From assembly GCF_044647545.1 (NCBI RefSeq), contig NZ_CP172818.1: a DNA stretch of 64,000 nucleotides; one strand, given 5' to 3'. Each line of letters begins with the position of its first letter. Position 1 is the stretch's first letter. The translations under genes were made by a program, and so were the position numbers. Origin of the DNA: Escherichia coli. GTDB lineage: Bacteria > Pseudomonadota > Gammaproteobacteria > Enterobacterales > Enterobacteriaceae. Of the stretch, positions 1-9,547 are shown one piece after another. The notes beneath the pieces are model-generated. The model saw only the letters and a list, made by a program, of their open reading frames with translations. It ran no database searches and was not told the origin of the DNA.

Positions 1-743
1 AACACATACTTGGTGAGGATCTCTTTACGCGTCAGCCCTGCCCCTTCTTGTTGTTGAGCAATCTCCAGCGCGTCGTGCCGCCATTCACCAACCGCTGGTA
101 AACCTAACGCCTGCGGGCGATCGCGCAGCCGCCAGCAGAGAAAAATCCCCACGACGATCGCCATACAACCAGCAATCATCATCCCGGCACGCCAGCCGTA
201 ATGCAGCGCAGCTGCTGCCATCACAATGGGAATGAGCGCACCGCCAACGTTATGCGCCGTGTTCCATAATGCCCACCAACCGCCGCGCTCGGTACGAGAA
301 TACCAGGCGGTTAACAGACGCGCACACACCGGTGAACCCCAGCCCTGGAAAAAGGCGTTCAACACCCAGAGCACGGCAAACGCCCATAGCGACGTCGAGA
401 AGCCAAACAGAATGTTGATAATGCCCGTGGCGATAAGCCCTATCCCCATAAAATAACGGGCATTTGAGCGGTCGCTGACAATGCCGGAGACAAACTTCGA
501 CACGCCGTAAGTAATGTAAAACAGGGTCGCTAACAGGCCGATATCGCTACGGCTGAGCACGCCGTTAGCAAGGATTTCTGGTACGGCGGCGTTAAAACTT
601 TTACGCGTGAAGTAAAACAGCGCGTAACCCAGCCAGATGGTCAGCAGAATATGCCGACGCCAGTAGCGATAGCGGGCATCAATTTCATGTTTATCAGTCA
701 TTAATGGCGCATCGGCAGGCGCTTTCAGAAACGGCAACATCAT
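1..743 (-). CDS. uhpC: Hexose-phosphate sensor membrane protein UhpC (MFS family), N-terminal part; gene continues beyond window start
   Basis: Reverse-strand translation from ATG at 741-743 gives MLPFLKAPADAPLMTDKHEIDARYRYWRRHIL..., matching UhpC as I recall it; lies immediately downstream of uhpB as in the uhpABCT operon. Confidence 0.9.
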   Translation of the reverse strand, partial: MMLPFLKAPADAPLMTDKHEIDARYRYWRRHILLTIWLGYALFYFTRKSFNAAVPEILANGVLSRSDIGLLATLFYITYGVSKFVSGIVSDRSNARYFMGIGLIATGIINILFGFSTSLWAFAVLWVLNAFFQGWGSPVCARLLTAWYSRTERGGWWALWNTAHNVGGALIPIVMAAAALHYGWRAGMMIAGCMAIVVGIFLCWRLRDRPQALGLPAVGEWRHDALEIAQQQEGAGLTRKEILTKYV

Positions 744-749
744 CGAACC

Positions 750-2255
750 TTAGACATAGCGTTGAGGTAGAGAAACGCTGACACGCGTGCCGTGCAAACA
801 GGAGATGGTCAAGGTGCCGCCCAGCGCCGTTACGCGCTCGCGCATTCCGGTGAGGCCAAAACCTTGTTGCCCGGAACCCGGCGGCAAACCGCTGCCATCG
901 TCTTCAATTACCAGCATCAACCGTTCATCCTGCTGCCAGCCTTGCAGGGTGACCGCGCTGGCATCGGCATGTTTCACAATGTTGTTCAACCCTTCCTGGC
1001 AGACGCGAAACAGCGTCACGCGCTGGTTTTCGCTTAACGCTGATTCATCGATTCGCCATTCGAGATGACTGACAATGCCGCGCCCTTCCAGCTCCATTTC
1101 CCGCATCAGTGAGCGGATGGCCTGCTCCAGGGTGAGATCATCCAGCTGGCGCGGACGTAACCGCCCTAACAAACGGCGCACCGCATCGTAAACACCCAGC
1201 GACAGTTGTTCGATGAGCTGCCCGCTCTGCTTCACGCTGGCGTTATCTGCCGCCAGCCGCTGAACAATACCTGCTTGAGTACGAATAGCAGTGATGGTCT
1301 GACCGATATCGTCGTGCAGCTCACGCGCCACATCACGGCGCACGCTCTCTTCAGTTTCTAACAAACGTTCAGCCAGATGCTGATTGCGCGCTAGTTCCTT
1401 TTGCAGCGACTGGTTAAGTTCACGCAACCGCTGGATGCCTGCGCCCAGTAACAACCCTGTCAGACTTTGCACCAGCAGCGAGAGCAATAAATCCACCGAA
1501 TGATCGCGCCAGGTTTGACTGGCGATCAGCGCGATGGCGTTCATCAACGTCGCAATCAGCGCCCCTTGCCAGCCGTAGTGCCAGGCCAGCGCGATAATCG
1601 GCAGCGCCAGGCAGAATGGCGTAAAGCGCGACAGTTCGTCCGGCAATCCCAACTGGAGCCAGAGACTGATAACAAACAGCAGCAAGTACCAGACCAGATG
1701 CCGCCCGCGCCAGTTGATCGGTTGAGAAACTAACGACGGCCCGAGCGGCAGCCAGATGTTATTGGCGAGATAGTGCCAGAACACCAGACATATCGGGGCC
1801 AGCGTCAGGCCGCCAGTTAAAGTCAGCAACAGCGCATTCCACGACTCTTTCCCGTGCCAAAGCCAGGGCAGCGACTGCAACAACGCCGCCGCCGTCAGCG
1901 CCGCACCCTGTAACAGCAAGGTGCGCCAGTCACGTTGATGGCGATAGCGCGAGATCAGCGCCACGGGCAATAACGTCAGTAAACTACCGATCATCAATAA
2001 GGAGAAATGGGTTAAACCGACCGCCTGCATTAGCCAGTAAATCAGCAGCCACTCCGCACCCAGTAGCACCGGCCAGTATCCGCGCGGGCATTGCAGCATT
2101 AGCCCTAGCCGCAGGCCAAACGGAAATAACAGCACCGCCATATCAGGGCGCTCAACAAGGTGCAGGCTGATACTCCACAGGCAAAACCATGCGGCAGAGA
2201 AGATAAAAAAGCAGGCAATAACGGTAATTAAGCGAGAGAAAAACGTCTTCATCAC
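750..2255 (-). CDS. uhpB: Sensor histidine kinase UhpB
   Basis: 501-aa ORF (500 aa if the second Met is the start) with N-terminal membrane segments and a C-terminal HisKA_3/HATPase region (HDDIGQ...); start overlaps uhpA stop. Confidence 0.95.
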
Positions 2256-2842
2256 CAGCCATCAAACATGCGGCGCGCCAGTTCAACGTCGTTACTGACG
2301 CCCAGTTTTTCCATCAGGTTAGCGCGATGGACGTGTACCGTTTTCGGTGACAAGCCCAGTTCGGCGGCAATCTCTTTCACCGCCATTCCTTGCGCCAGTT
2401 TTTCCGCCACCTGGCGTTCGCGTTTGGTCAGCGGGTCCTGGCGACCGGATGCCAGTTTAATGGCAATATCCGGCGTCAGATAACAGCCGCCCGTGGCAAC
2501 CGTATGCACCGCAGCAATCAGTTCGTCAGGGCTACAACGCTTGGAGAGAAAGCCGCGCGCCCCCGCGTTAAGCGCCTGCTCAACCAGCGCCGGACTGTCA
2601 TGAACAGAGAGCATAATCGTCGCCATACCTTTCGGCAGCTGGCTTAGCAGCTCCAGACCGGAGATATCGGGCATGGAGATATCGCAAATACACACCTGCA
2701 CACCGCGCCCCGGCAGCCCCGCCAACGCCTCGCGCCCCGAACCAAACTCGGCAACTACCTGCAAATCAGGTTCCAGCCCCAGCAGCTGCGCAAAGCCGGA
2801 GCGGACGATGAGGTGATCGTCTATAAGTGCAACGGTGATCAT
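2252..2842 (-). CDS. uhpA: Response regulator UhpA (NarL/FixJ family)
   Basis: 196-aa product [17 protein letters not shown]... from ATG at 2840-2842; receiver domain plus LuxR-type HTH; the 216-aa track ORF is an upstream in-frame extension. Confidence 0.95.
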
Positions 2843-3139
2843 GATTGGGTCCTGGCGGATAAAAAACGCGCATACCTTAACGATAAGCGCGATGTTGTTC
2901 AAGTTGGATATGGGGTATGTATTCTTAATGATGTTGTCTTATCTCAAAACTTACGAAAGTAACGTTGTAGTTTATTCGAAAAACGAATTATTTGTAGTTC
3001 GATTGCAATATTCCTGAAAAATTTCTCCTCCTTCGAAATCTTTTCAGTAACAAAGATCATCCAAAACCTATAATCTTCACGGAACCTCATTAAGAGATCA
3101 TCCACGAGTCGTTATGAATATAATCCTCACCGTATTCGA

Positions 3140-4737
3140 TAAAAGAAATAAAAAATAAAACTAACAATCTATTGTTTTAAAAAAAAAAGGTTGGGAAAGA
3201 AGGGAAAAACAAGAAAAAAAATTTTTTCCCAAGAAAAAAAAAAACCGGGTAACAACAAACCGGGAAAAAAAAAAAAGGTTCCTGATAAAATACCCCCTAT
3301 CAACCGACAGAAACCTTGAACAACATAATACATTACCTATTCCTGAAATACTGAACAAGAAATAATTTTCGTTTTTTCCAACAATTAAAAATTCCAAAAA
3401 ATAAATCAGCAAAAAAATTCAAAAAAAATTCGGAAATTTTTCCAACCACAAAAAACTTATCCCAAAATCAGATGGCATTAATTTTAACCAAAAAAAGAAA
3501 ATGACCCCCCAATTTCGCCAAAGAAAAAAGGAAAAACCCCAAAAAAAATTTTTAAAATTAAAAAAAAAAAGAAATAATTAAGAATAATGATTTCTATATA
3601 TTAATGGCAACAAACAAATATTAAATTACAACACAACACAAACAAACTTTAAGTAAATTACTATACAAATCAATAACAATAACACCTTAACACACAAAAC
3701 AACCTACATTTCACAGTCATAACGAAAAAAATCATAAAACCACTCAATAAATAAAACACCGAAACAAATATAAAAAACATAAAAAAAAAAAAAAAAAAAA
3801 AACAAGAAAAAAAAAAAAAATAAAATAAAAATAAAAAAAAAAACGAAACGAAAAAATAATAAACAATAAAAGACCCCCACAAACAAACAAATCAAAACTA
3901 CACTCACTCCCCCTGATTGATTAAAAAAACATCTCTCAGATATAAAATACATAAAACAAACAAAAAAATAAATGAAAAAAAACAACAAATAAATAATTTA
4001 ATAATAAAAATAAAAATATTACGCAACAACAACTATCAACAAAAAAAATAAAAAAAAAAAACAAAGATAAGAAACGTAAGAAAAAAAAAAAAAAAAAAAA
4101 AAAAGACGAAAAAAAAAAAAAACTATGAATCCGAACAAGTAAAAAAAAAAAAAAAGAACAAACAATAACCAATCAAAAAAAAAAAAATAAATAAAAAAAA
4201 AAAATTCATTTAAAAAATGAAAAAAACACAAAAAAATAGAAAACAAAAAAAATAAAACAAACGGAAAAAAAAAAAAAAAAAAAAGAAGACTGAAGAAAAA
4301 AAATACTAAAAAAATAATTAATATTAAACCAAAAATAAAAAAAAATAAAAAATAAAAAACTAAAAAAACACAAAAAATCAACAAAAAATAAAAAAAAATA
4401 AACAAACCAAAAAAAAAAAAAAAAAAAAACGAAAACATTAAAATATATAACAAAATAAAAACTAAAAAAACAAAAAACAAACAAAAAAAAAAAAGAAATA
4501 ACAATAAAAAAAAAATTATAAACAACCAAAACAAATATAAAAAAAAAAACGAAAACAAAAAAAAATTAAAAAAAAAAAGAAAAATATAAAAAAAAAGAAA
4601 AAAGAAGAAAAATACAAAAAACAAAAAAATAAAAAAAAAAAAAAACACAAAAAAAAAAAAGAAAAACGAAAACAAGAAAAAAAAGAAAAATGTAAAATCA
4701 GCAAAATTCAGAAAATTTGAAAGAGAAAAAACCAAAA
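3140..4737. repeat. Poly(A)-dominated low-complexity tract on the + strand (T-rich on the - strand), non-coding
   Basis: Read directly: A runs longer than 20 nt (e.g. 3781-3802, 4081-4104) separated by single C/G/T or short motifs; frequent stop codons on the + strand; - strand gives only poly-Phe/Leu pseudo-ORFs. Boundaries approximate. Confidence 0.9.
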
Positions 4738-5028
4738 TTACTGAAAAAACACCACGATCTTGTTAAACATCGTCGGATTAGACTGATTACGCTGCACTTT
4801 CACCACATCTTCCAGCTTATCGATTTGGCTTATCACCTACTCCAGACGCTGGTCATCCTTGACCAGTAGCCAGATATGGCTTTTGTCGCTGTCCTGAATC
4901 GGCAGGCAGAGAATGCCTTCAACGTTAAAAGCGCGACGGGCAAAAAGCCCACAAACGTGAGTCATTACGCCCGGATGGTTGCGAACGGTGAGTTCGAGAA
5001 TCACGTTGTCATGAGTTGTGTTTTGCAT
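4738..5028 (-). pseudogene. ilvN: Acetolactate synthase I small (regulatory) subunit IlvN, interrupted by an in-frame TAG at codon 64
   Basis: Codons 1-63 read [63 protein letters not shown], then TAG (+ strand cta at 4837-4839), then 32 further in-frame ilvN-like codons ([32 protein letters not shown]) to TAA at 4738-4740. Confidence 0.85.
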
Positions 5029-5031
5029 GGC

Positions 5032-6720
5032 TTATTCCCCCACCATTTCAGTATTCGCCGCACCTGGCGGCACCATCGGGTACACTTTTTCTTCGGCATC
5101 AATACGCACATGGATCAGCGCCGGGCCAGGGCGATTGATGATTTCCTGTAATGCAGCCTGCGGATCGGTTTCGTTATTCAAATCACAGGTTTCGAGGCCG
5201 AATCCGGCGGCAATCTGCATAAAGTTGATTTTTCCCGGATAGGTAGCGGCAAAAACGCCCTGCTTGTAGAACAGACTCTGTTGCTGATGTACCAGCCCCA
5301 GCGCTTCGTTGTTCATCAGAATGATTTTGACATCCAGCTGATTTTCACTGGCGGTCGCCATCTCCTGAATATTCATCATCAGGCTGCCGTCGCCGGAGAA
5401 ACACAACACTTTGCGATCCGGGTTCGCCAGCGCTGCGCCAATCGCCGCAGGCAGGCCAAAGCCCATCGTGCCCAGCCCGCCGGAGGTCAGCCACTGGCGC
5501 GGGCGATTGAGCGGATAAGCCTGCGCCGTCCACATCTGATGCTGACCCACGTCGGTGGTGATAATCGCGCTGTCATCGACACAGGCGGCAACAGCGTTGA
5601 TCAGGCCGTAATGCGTTAACGGATCGCACGCTTTCGGGATTGGACACGGGAATTCGCGCTGCAAATCCGCCACCAACTGGTGCCACTCTGCACGCGGTTG
5701 CGCTTCCACCAGCGGGATCAATTGCGCCAGCACGTCATCAACATCCGCCTGAATCGCTACGTGCGGTTGCTTGATTTTGCCCAGCTCTGCACGGTCGATA
5801 TCGACATGAATGATTTTCGCATTCGGGCAGAACTGCTCGGTTTTGCCAATCGCCCGGTCATCAAAACGCGCACCGAGCACAATCAGCAGATCCGCCTCCT
5901 GCAGTATATAGTTGGTGCTGCGCACGCCGTGCATCCCCAGCATACCCAGCGACAGCGGATTCGCTTTTGGCAGCATGCCCAGCGCCATTAAGGTCATGGT
6001 AGTTGGCAATTGCGCTTTCTCTGCCAGTTCACGCACCCGTGCGGGCGCATTGATCACACCGCCGCCCAGATAAAGCACCGGGCGTTTGGCGGCGTTAATC
6101 ATTGCCGCTGCGTCACGAATGCTTTCTTCGCTAAAGGCGGGTGCGGCGGCTTTTTCTGCCATAGCTGGCTGTGCTTCAATCTCAAAAACCGCCGTTTGCA
6201 CATCTTTAGGAATGTCTATCCACACCGGGCCAGGGCGGCCTGATTGCGCAATGCGGAAGGCATCGCTCATGACCTGCGGGAGTTCTTCGATATGTCTGAC
6301 CAGATAGTTGTGTTTGGTGATGGGGATAGAGATGCCGTAGGTGTCCACTTCCTGGAAGGCGTCGGTGCCGATCATCGAGGCAGGAACCTGACCGGTGATG
6401 CAAATCAGCGGGATGGAATCCAGCCGCGCATCGGCAATGGCGGTCACCAGGTTAGTCGCACCCGGTCCGCTACAGGCCATACAGACCGCCGGTTTACCGT
6501 CGGTGCGCGCCATTCCCTGAGCGATAAACCCCGCGCCCTGTTCATGGCGAGCCAGAATATGGCGGATTTGCGTGCTTTGGCTTAAGGCATCGTAAACAGG
6601 CAGGATAGAACCGCCCGGAATGCCCGTCACAATCTTAATGCCCTGCTGTTCCAGGAAATGAACGATAAATTCTGCGCCGGTAAAGCGCTTACGCGTCGAT
6701 GTTGTGCCCGAACTTGCCAT
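5032..6720 (-). CDS. ilvB: Acetolactate synthase I large subunit IlvB (ThDP/FAD enzyme)
   Basis: 562-aa ORF with ThDP-binding acetohydroxyacid synthase signature (GDGSLMMNIQE...); immediately upstream of ilvN with a 3-nt gap. Confidence 0.95.
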   Translation of the reverse strand: MASSGTTSTRKRFTGAEFIVHFLEQQGIKIVTGIPGGSILPVYDALSQSTQIRHILARHEQGAGFIAQGMARTDGKPAVCMACSGPGATNLVTAIADARLDSIPLICITGQVPASMIGTDAFQEVDTYGISIPITKHNYLVRHIEELPQVMSDAFRIAQSGRPGPVWIDIPKDVQTAVFEIEAQPAMAEKAAAPAFSEESIRDAAAMINAAKRPVLYLGGGVINAPARVRELAEKAQLPTTMTLMALGMLPKANPLSLGMLGMHGVRSTNYILQEADLLIVLGARFDDRAIGKTEQFCPNAKIIHVDIDRAELGKIKQPHVAIQADVDDVLAQLIPLVEAQPRAEWHQLVADLQREFPCPIPKACDPLTHYGLINAVAACVDDSAIITTDVGQHQMWTAQAYPLNRPRQWLTSGGLGTMGFGLPAAIGAALANPDRKVLCFSGDGSLMMNIQEMATASENQLDVKIILMNNEALGLVHQQQSLFYKQGVFAATYPGKINFMQIAAGFGLETCDLNNETDPQAALQEIINRPGPALIHVRIDAEEKVYPMVPPGAANTEMVGE

Positions 6721-6765
6721 GCTCCAGTCCTTTTCTTCTGGGCCGACTTTCCGGGAGGTGCTTAA

Positions 6766-6798
6766 ACGAAAAACCCCGCCCGGTTTGCGCCGGCGGGG
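6766..6798 (-). terminator. ilvB attenuator (rho-independent terminator downstream of the leader peptide)
   Basis: GC-rich inverted repeat ccccgcc...ggcgggg (6774-6798) followed on the - strand by a U-run, between ivbL and ilvB. Confidence 0.75.
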
Positions 6799-6825
6799 TT
6801 TTGGAATCGTGTGTTGTTCCAGTCC

Positions 6826-6924
6826 CTACGGCGCATTGCCGACGACGACCACCACACGCACGACGACCACTGCGGCGGATGGCGCAGTTGGTAGTAGTTT
6901 TGCGTTGAGCATGGAAGTAGTCAT
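6826..6924 (-). CDS. ivbL: ilvB operon leader peptide (Val/Leu-rich attenuation peptide)
   Basis: Translated by hand: MTTSMLNAKLLPTAPSAAVVVVRVVVVVGNAP (32 aa), with the classic Val run. Confidence 0.9.
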   Translation of the reverse strand: MTTSMLNAKLLPTAPSAAVVVVRVVVVVGNAP

Positions 6925-7084
6925 TGGGGACCTTGTTGGTTTTGTGTTTAACAATATTTATACAAGCACAGCTTTACAGGGGAGACAATGGAAAATTTTT
7001 CAGCAAGGGAAAATTGAGGGGTTGATCACGTTTTGTACTGAATTGCGGGTAACAAAAAACCCCGCCGGAGCGAGGTTTCGTCAG

Positions 7085-7230
7085 TCGCCTGCGGCTGGTA
7101 ACCGCAAAGCACACTGTATTATGTCAACACTGAAAGTATACGTGTTCCGCGCAGAACGCGCAATTTCGGCACGAATTTTGACGTATTTAGTACATAGTTG
7201 AGTATCGTTCACAGTTTTCGTTTTGTCCAA
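7085..7230 (-). ncRNA. istR: Probable IstR antitoxin sRNA region (IstR-1/IstR-2), divergent from tisB; boundaries approximate
   Basis: Position between ivbL and the LexA box/tisB matches the known istR-tisAB arrangement; exact ends cannot be fixed from sequence alone. Confidence 0.4.
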
Positions 7231-7234
7231 ATAT

Positions 7235-7254
7235 TACTGTTTATTTATACAGTA
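7235..7254. promoter_or_regulatory. LexA (SOS) box at the tisAB/istR-2 promoter
   Basis: TACTGTTTATTTATACAGTA fits the CTGT-N8-ACAG LexA consensus; a TATAAT -10 hexamer follows at 7261-7266. Confidence 0.85.
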
Positions 7255-7488
7255 AACTTCTATAATATCACTGTACGCAATGTGTTATGCGGGGGCCGCA
7301 TCGTTACCCGGCGCACTAAGTCCTGGCTGAAACGGGTGGTGCCGTCAGCGCCTTAACCCCGCGTGAGCACACTGTGTTATGTCAACAAGCACAACGTTTC
7401 TCCTTGAGATACCGCGTGCACAACAGCTGGCAACAGGCAGCGGAAAGGTACGTCAGCTGGCAGTGCTCCTGAACCACAGGAGACGCGT

Positions 7489-7578
7489 ATGAGCCTGGTG
7501 GATATCGCCATTCTTATCCTCAAACTCATTGTTGCAGCACTGCAACTGCTTGATACTGTTCTGAAATACCTGAAGTAA
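7489..7578 (+). CDS. tisB: Type I toxin TisB (SOS-induced small membrane peptide)
   Basis: Translated by hand: MSLVDIAILILKLIVAALQLLDTVLKYLK (29 aa), downstream of the LexA box. Confidence 0.85.
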   Translation: MSLVDIAILILKLIVAALQLLDTVLKYLK

Positions 7579-7600
7579 TTCAGATTCAAGTCGCACCAAA

Positions 7601-7630
7601 GGGGAGCGGGTAACCGCTCCCCTTTCATAT
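7601..7630 (+). terminator. Rho-independent terminator after tisB
   Basis: Hairpin ggggagcgg/ccgctcccc followed by a T-rich stretch. Confidence 0.7.
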
Positions 7631-7857
7631 TTAGCGTGCGGGTTGGTGTCGGATGCAATGCTGATGCATCTTATCCGCCCTACCATCCCTCCCGGCAACA
7701 TTTATTGCCGCTTTTGTTTACATATTCTGCCGCTAAACAATTCCCCATTCCTGGCGTATATCTGGCTAACATTTATCAATGTGATAGATTCCTCTCCCGC
7801 ATTTATGGGAATGCGTAGTGACTTATTCTAATTATTTTTATAAAAGCATCCGTGATA

Positions 7858-9042
7858 ATGAAAAGGCATAGAAACGTCAATTTGTTATTGATGTTGGTAT
7901 TACTCGTGGCCGTCGGTCAGATGGCGCAAACCATATATATTCCAGCTATTGCCGATATGGCGCGCGATCTCAACGTCCGTGAAGGGGCGGTGCAGAGCGT
8001 AATGGGCGCTTATCTGCTGACTTACGGTGTCTCACAGCTGTTTTATGGCCCGATTTCCGACCGTGTGGGTCGCCGACCGGTGATCCTCGTCGGAATGTCC
8101 ATTTTTATGCTGGCAACGCTGGTCGCGGTCACGACCTCCAGTTTGACAGTATTGATTGCCGCCAGCGCGATGCAGGGGATGGGCACCGGCGTTGGCGGCG
8201 TAATGGCGCGTACTTTGCCGCGTGATTTATATGAACGGACACAGTTGCGCCATGCTAATAGCCTGTTAAACATGGGAATTCTTGTCAGTCCGTTGCTCGC
8301 ACCGCTAATCGGCGGTCTGCTGGATACGATGTGGAACTGGCGCGCCTGTTATCTCTTTTTGTTGGTACTTTGTGCCGGTGTGACCTTCAGTATGGCCCGC
8401 TGGATGCCGGAAACGCGTCCGGTCGACGCACCGCGCACGCGCCTGCTTACCAGTTATAAAACGCTTTTCGGTAACAGCGGTTTTAACTGTTATTTGCTGA
8501 TGCTGATTGGCGGTCTGGCCGGGATTGCCGCCTTTGAAGCCTGCTCCGGCGTGCTGATGGGCGCGGTGTTAGGGTTGAGCAGTATGACGGTCAGTATTTT
8601 GTTTATTCTGCCGATTCCGGCGGCATTTTTTGGGGCATGGTTTGCCGGACGTCCTAATAAACGCTTCTCAACGTTGATGTGGCAGTCGGTTATCTGCTGC
8701 CTGCTGGCTGGCTTACTGATGTGGATCCCCGACTGGTTTGGCGTGATGAATGTCTGGACGCTGCTCGTTCCCGCCGCGCTGTTCTTTTTCGGTGCCGGGA
8801 TGCTGTTTCCGCTGGCGACCAGCGGCGCGATGGAGCCGTTCCCTTTCCTGGCGGGCACGGCTGGCGCGCTGGTCGGCGGTCTACAAAACATTGGTTCCGG
8901 CGTGCTGGCGTCGCTCTCTGCGATGTTGCCGCAAACCGGTCAGGGCAGCCTGGGGTTGTTGATGACCTTAATGGGATTGTTGATCGTGCTGTGCTGGCTA
9001 CCGCTGGCGACGCGGATGTCGCATCAGGGGCAGCCTGTTTAA
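7858..9042 (+). CDS. emrD: Multidrug efflux MFS transporter EmrD
   Basis: 394 aa from ATG at 7858 (MKRHRNVNLLLMLVLLVAVGQMAQTIYIP...); the track ORF starts two codons upstream at GTG. Confidence 0.95.
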   Translation: MKRHRNVNLLLMLVLLVAVGQMAQTIYIPAIADMARDLNVREGAVQSVMGAYLLTYGVSQLFYGPISDRVGRRPVILVGMSIFMLATLVAVTTSSLTVLIAASAMQGMGTGVGGVMARTLPRDLYERTQLRHANSLLNMGILVSPLLAPLIGGLLDTMWNWRACYLFLLVLCAGVTFSMARWMPETRPVDAPRTRLLTSYKTLFGNSGFNCYLLMLIGGLAGIAAFEACSGVLMGAVLGLSSMTVSILFILPIPAAFFGAWFAGRPNKRFSTLMWQSVICCLLAGLLMWIPDWFGVMNVWTLLVPAALFFFGAGMLFPLATSGAMEPFPFLAGTAGALVGGLQNIGSGVLASLSAMLPQTGQGSLGLLMTLMGLLIVLCWLPLATRMSHQGQPV

Positions 9043-9049
9043 GCTCACG

Positions 9050-9547
9050 TCACCGCAGCATCGTCATCAGCTCCATGGGAGAACGATGCTGCTTTATCAG
9101 ATCACGCATCACCCGCATATGCGGCGCGGAGTAAGAATAAAACGCCTGATAGCCCGCACAAAGCACGTTGTCTGGCGTCTCCTCCCGAGCGTGCGGGCAC
9201 AGGCGATGCCAGTCGCACGCCTGGCAGCCACGACGCGGTTGCGGGTTTTCGCTGCCACACCATTTTTGTAGGGTGGCGTCAAAAAGCTCAATCGAAATAC
9301 GACTGATATCTGCCCGTACCCAACACTCGAACAGGGCAATTAAAAATTTCCCCCACAGCTCTGCTGTCACCGAAGCGGCCGTCAGATCGCCCCGGTCATC
9401 AAATTCAAGATGGGGAATAAGCTGTACGGAGCGGATACCCCGTTGTTTGAAATTGTGATAAAAATCGGCAGGTTGCAGAGCATCCTTGTACTCTACAACC
9501 AGTTTATGCCTGTCCTCTTCAGCATCAATGACCTGACTTCCTGTCAT
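9050..9547 (-). CDS. yidF: YidF, Cys-rich SPASM-like protein (putative sulfatase-maturating enzyme lacking a radical-SAM core)
   Basis: 165-aa ORF with clustered cysteines (CGSENPQPRRGCQACDWHRLCPHA) but no CxxxCxxC motif; adjacent to sulfatase yidJ. Confidence 0.8.
   Translation of the reverse strand: MTGSQVIDAEEDRHKLVVEYKDALQPADFYHNFKQRGIRSVQLIPHLEFDDRGDLTAASVTAELWGKFLIALFECWVRADISRISIELFDATLQKWCGSENPQPRRGCQACDWHRLCPHAREETPDNVLCAGYQAFYSYSAPHMRVMRDLIKQHRSPMELMTMLR

Noticed and set aside
226-456. 76-codon plus-strand ORF at the window start
   Set aside because: Lies antisense within uhpC.
3161-4735. Minus-strand ORFs of 62-238 codons inside the A-rich tract (e.g. 4019-4735, 4206-4529, 3704-3988) encoding poly-Phe/Leu peptides
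   Set aside because: They are translation artefacts of the T-rich complement: extreme composition, overlapping frames, no ribosome-binding sites, no similarity to any protein family I know.
3140-4737. Possible CRISPR array or tandem repeat in the tract
   Set aside because: No regular repeat-spacer periodicity or conserved repeat unit; variation is irregular homopolymer length. No cas genes nearby.
3140-4737. Possible insertion sequence, prophage remnant or genomic island
   Set aside because: No transposase or integrase ORF, no terminal inverted repeats, no tRNA or att-like flanks; composition unlike any mobile element I know.
6704-7201. 165-codon plus-strand ORF spanning the ilvB leader and promoter region
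   Set aside because: Overlaps ivbL and the attenuator in antisense; its Thr-run is the complement of the leader Val codons.
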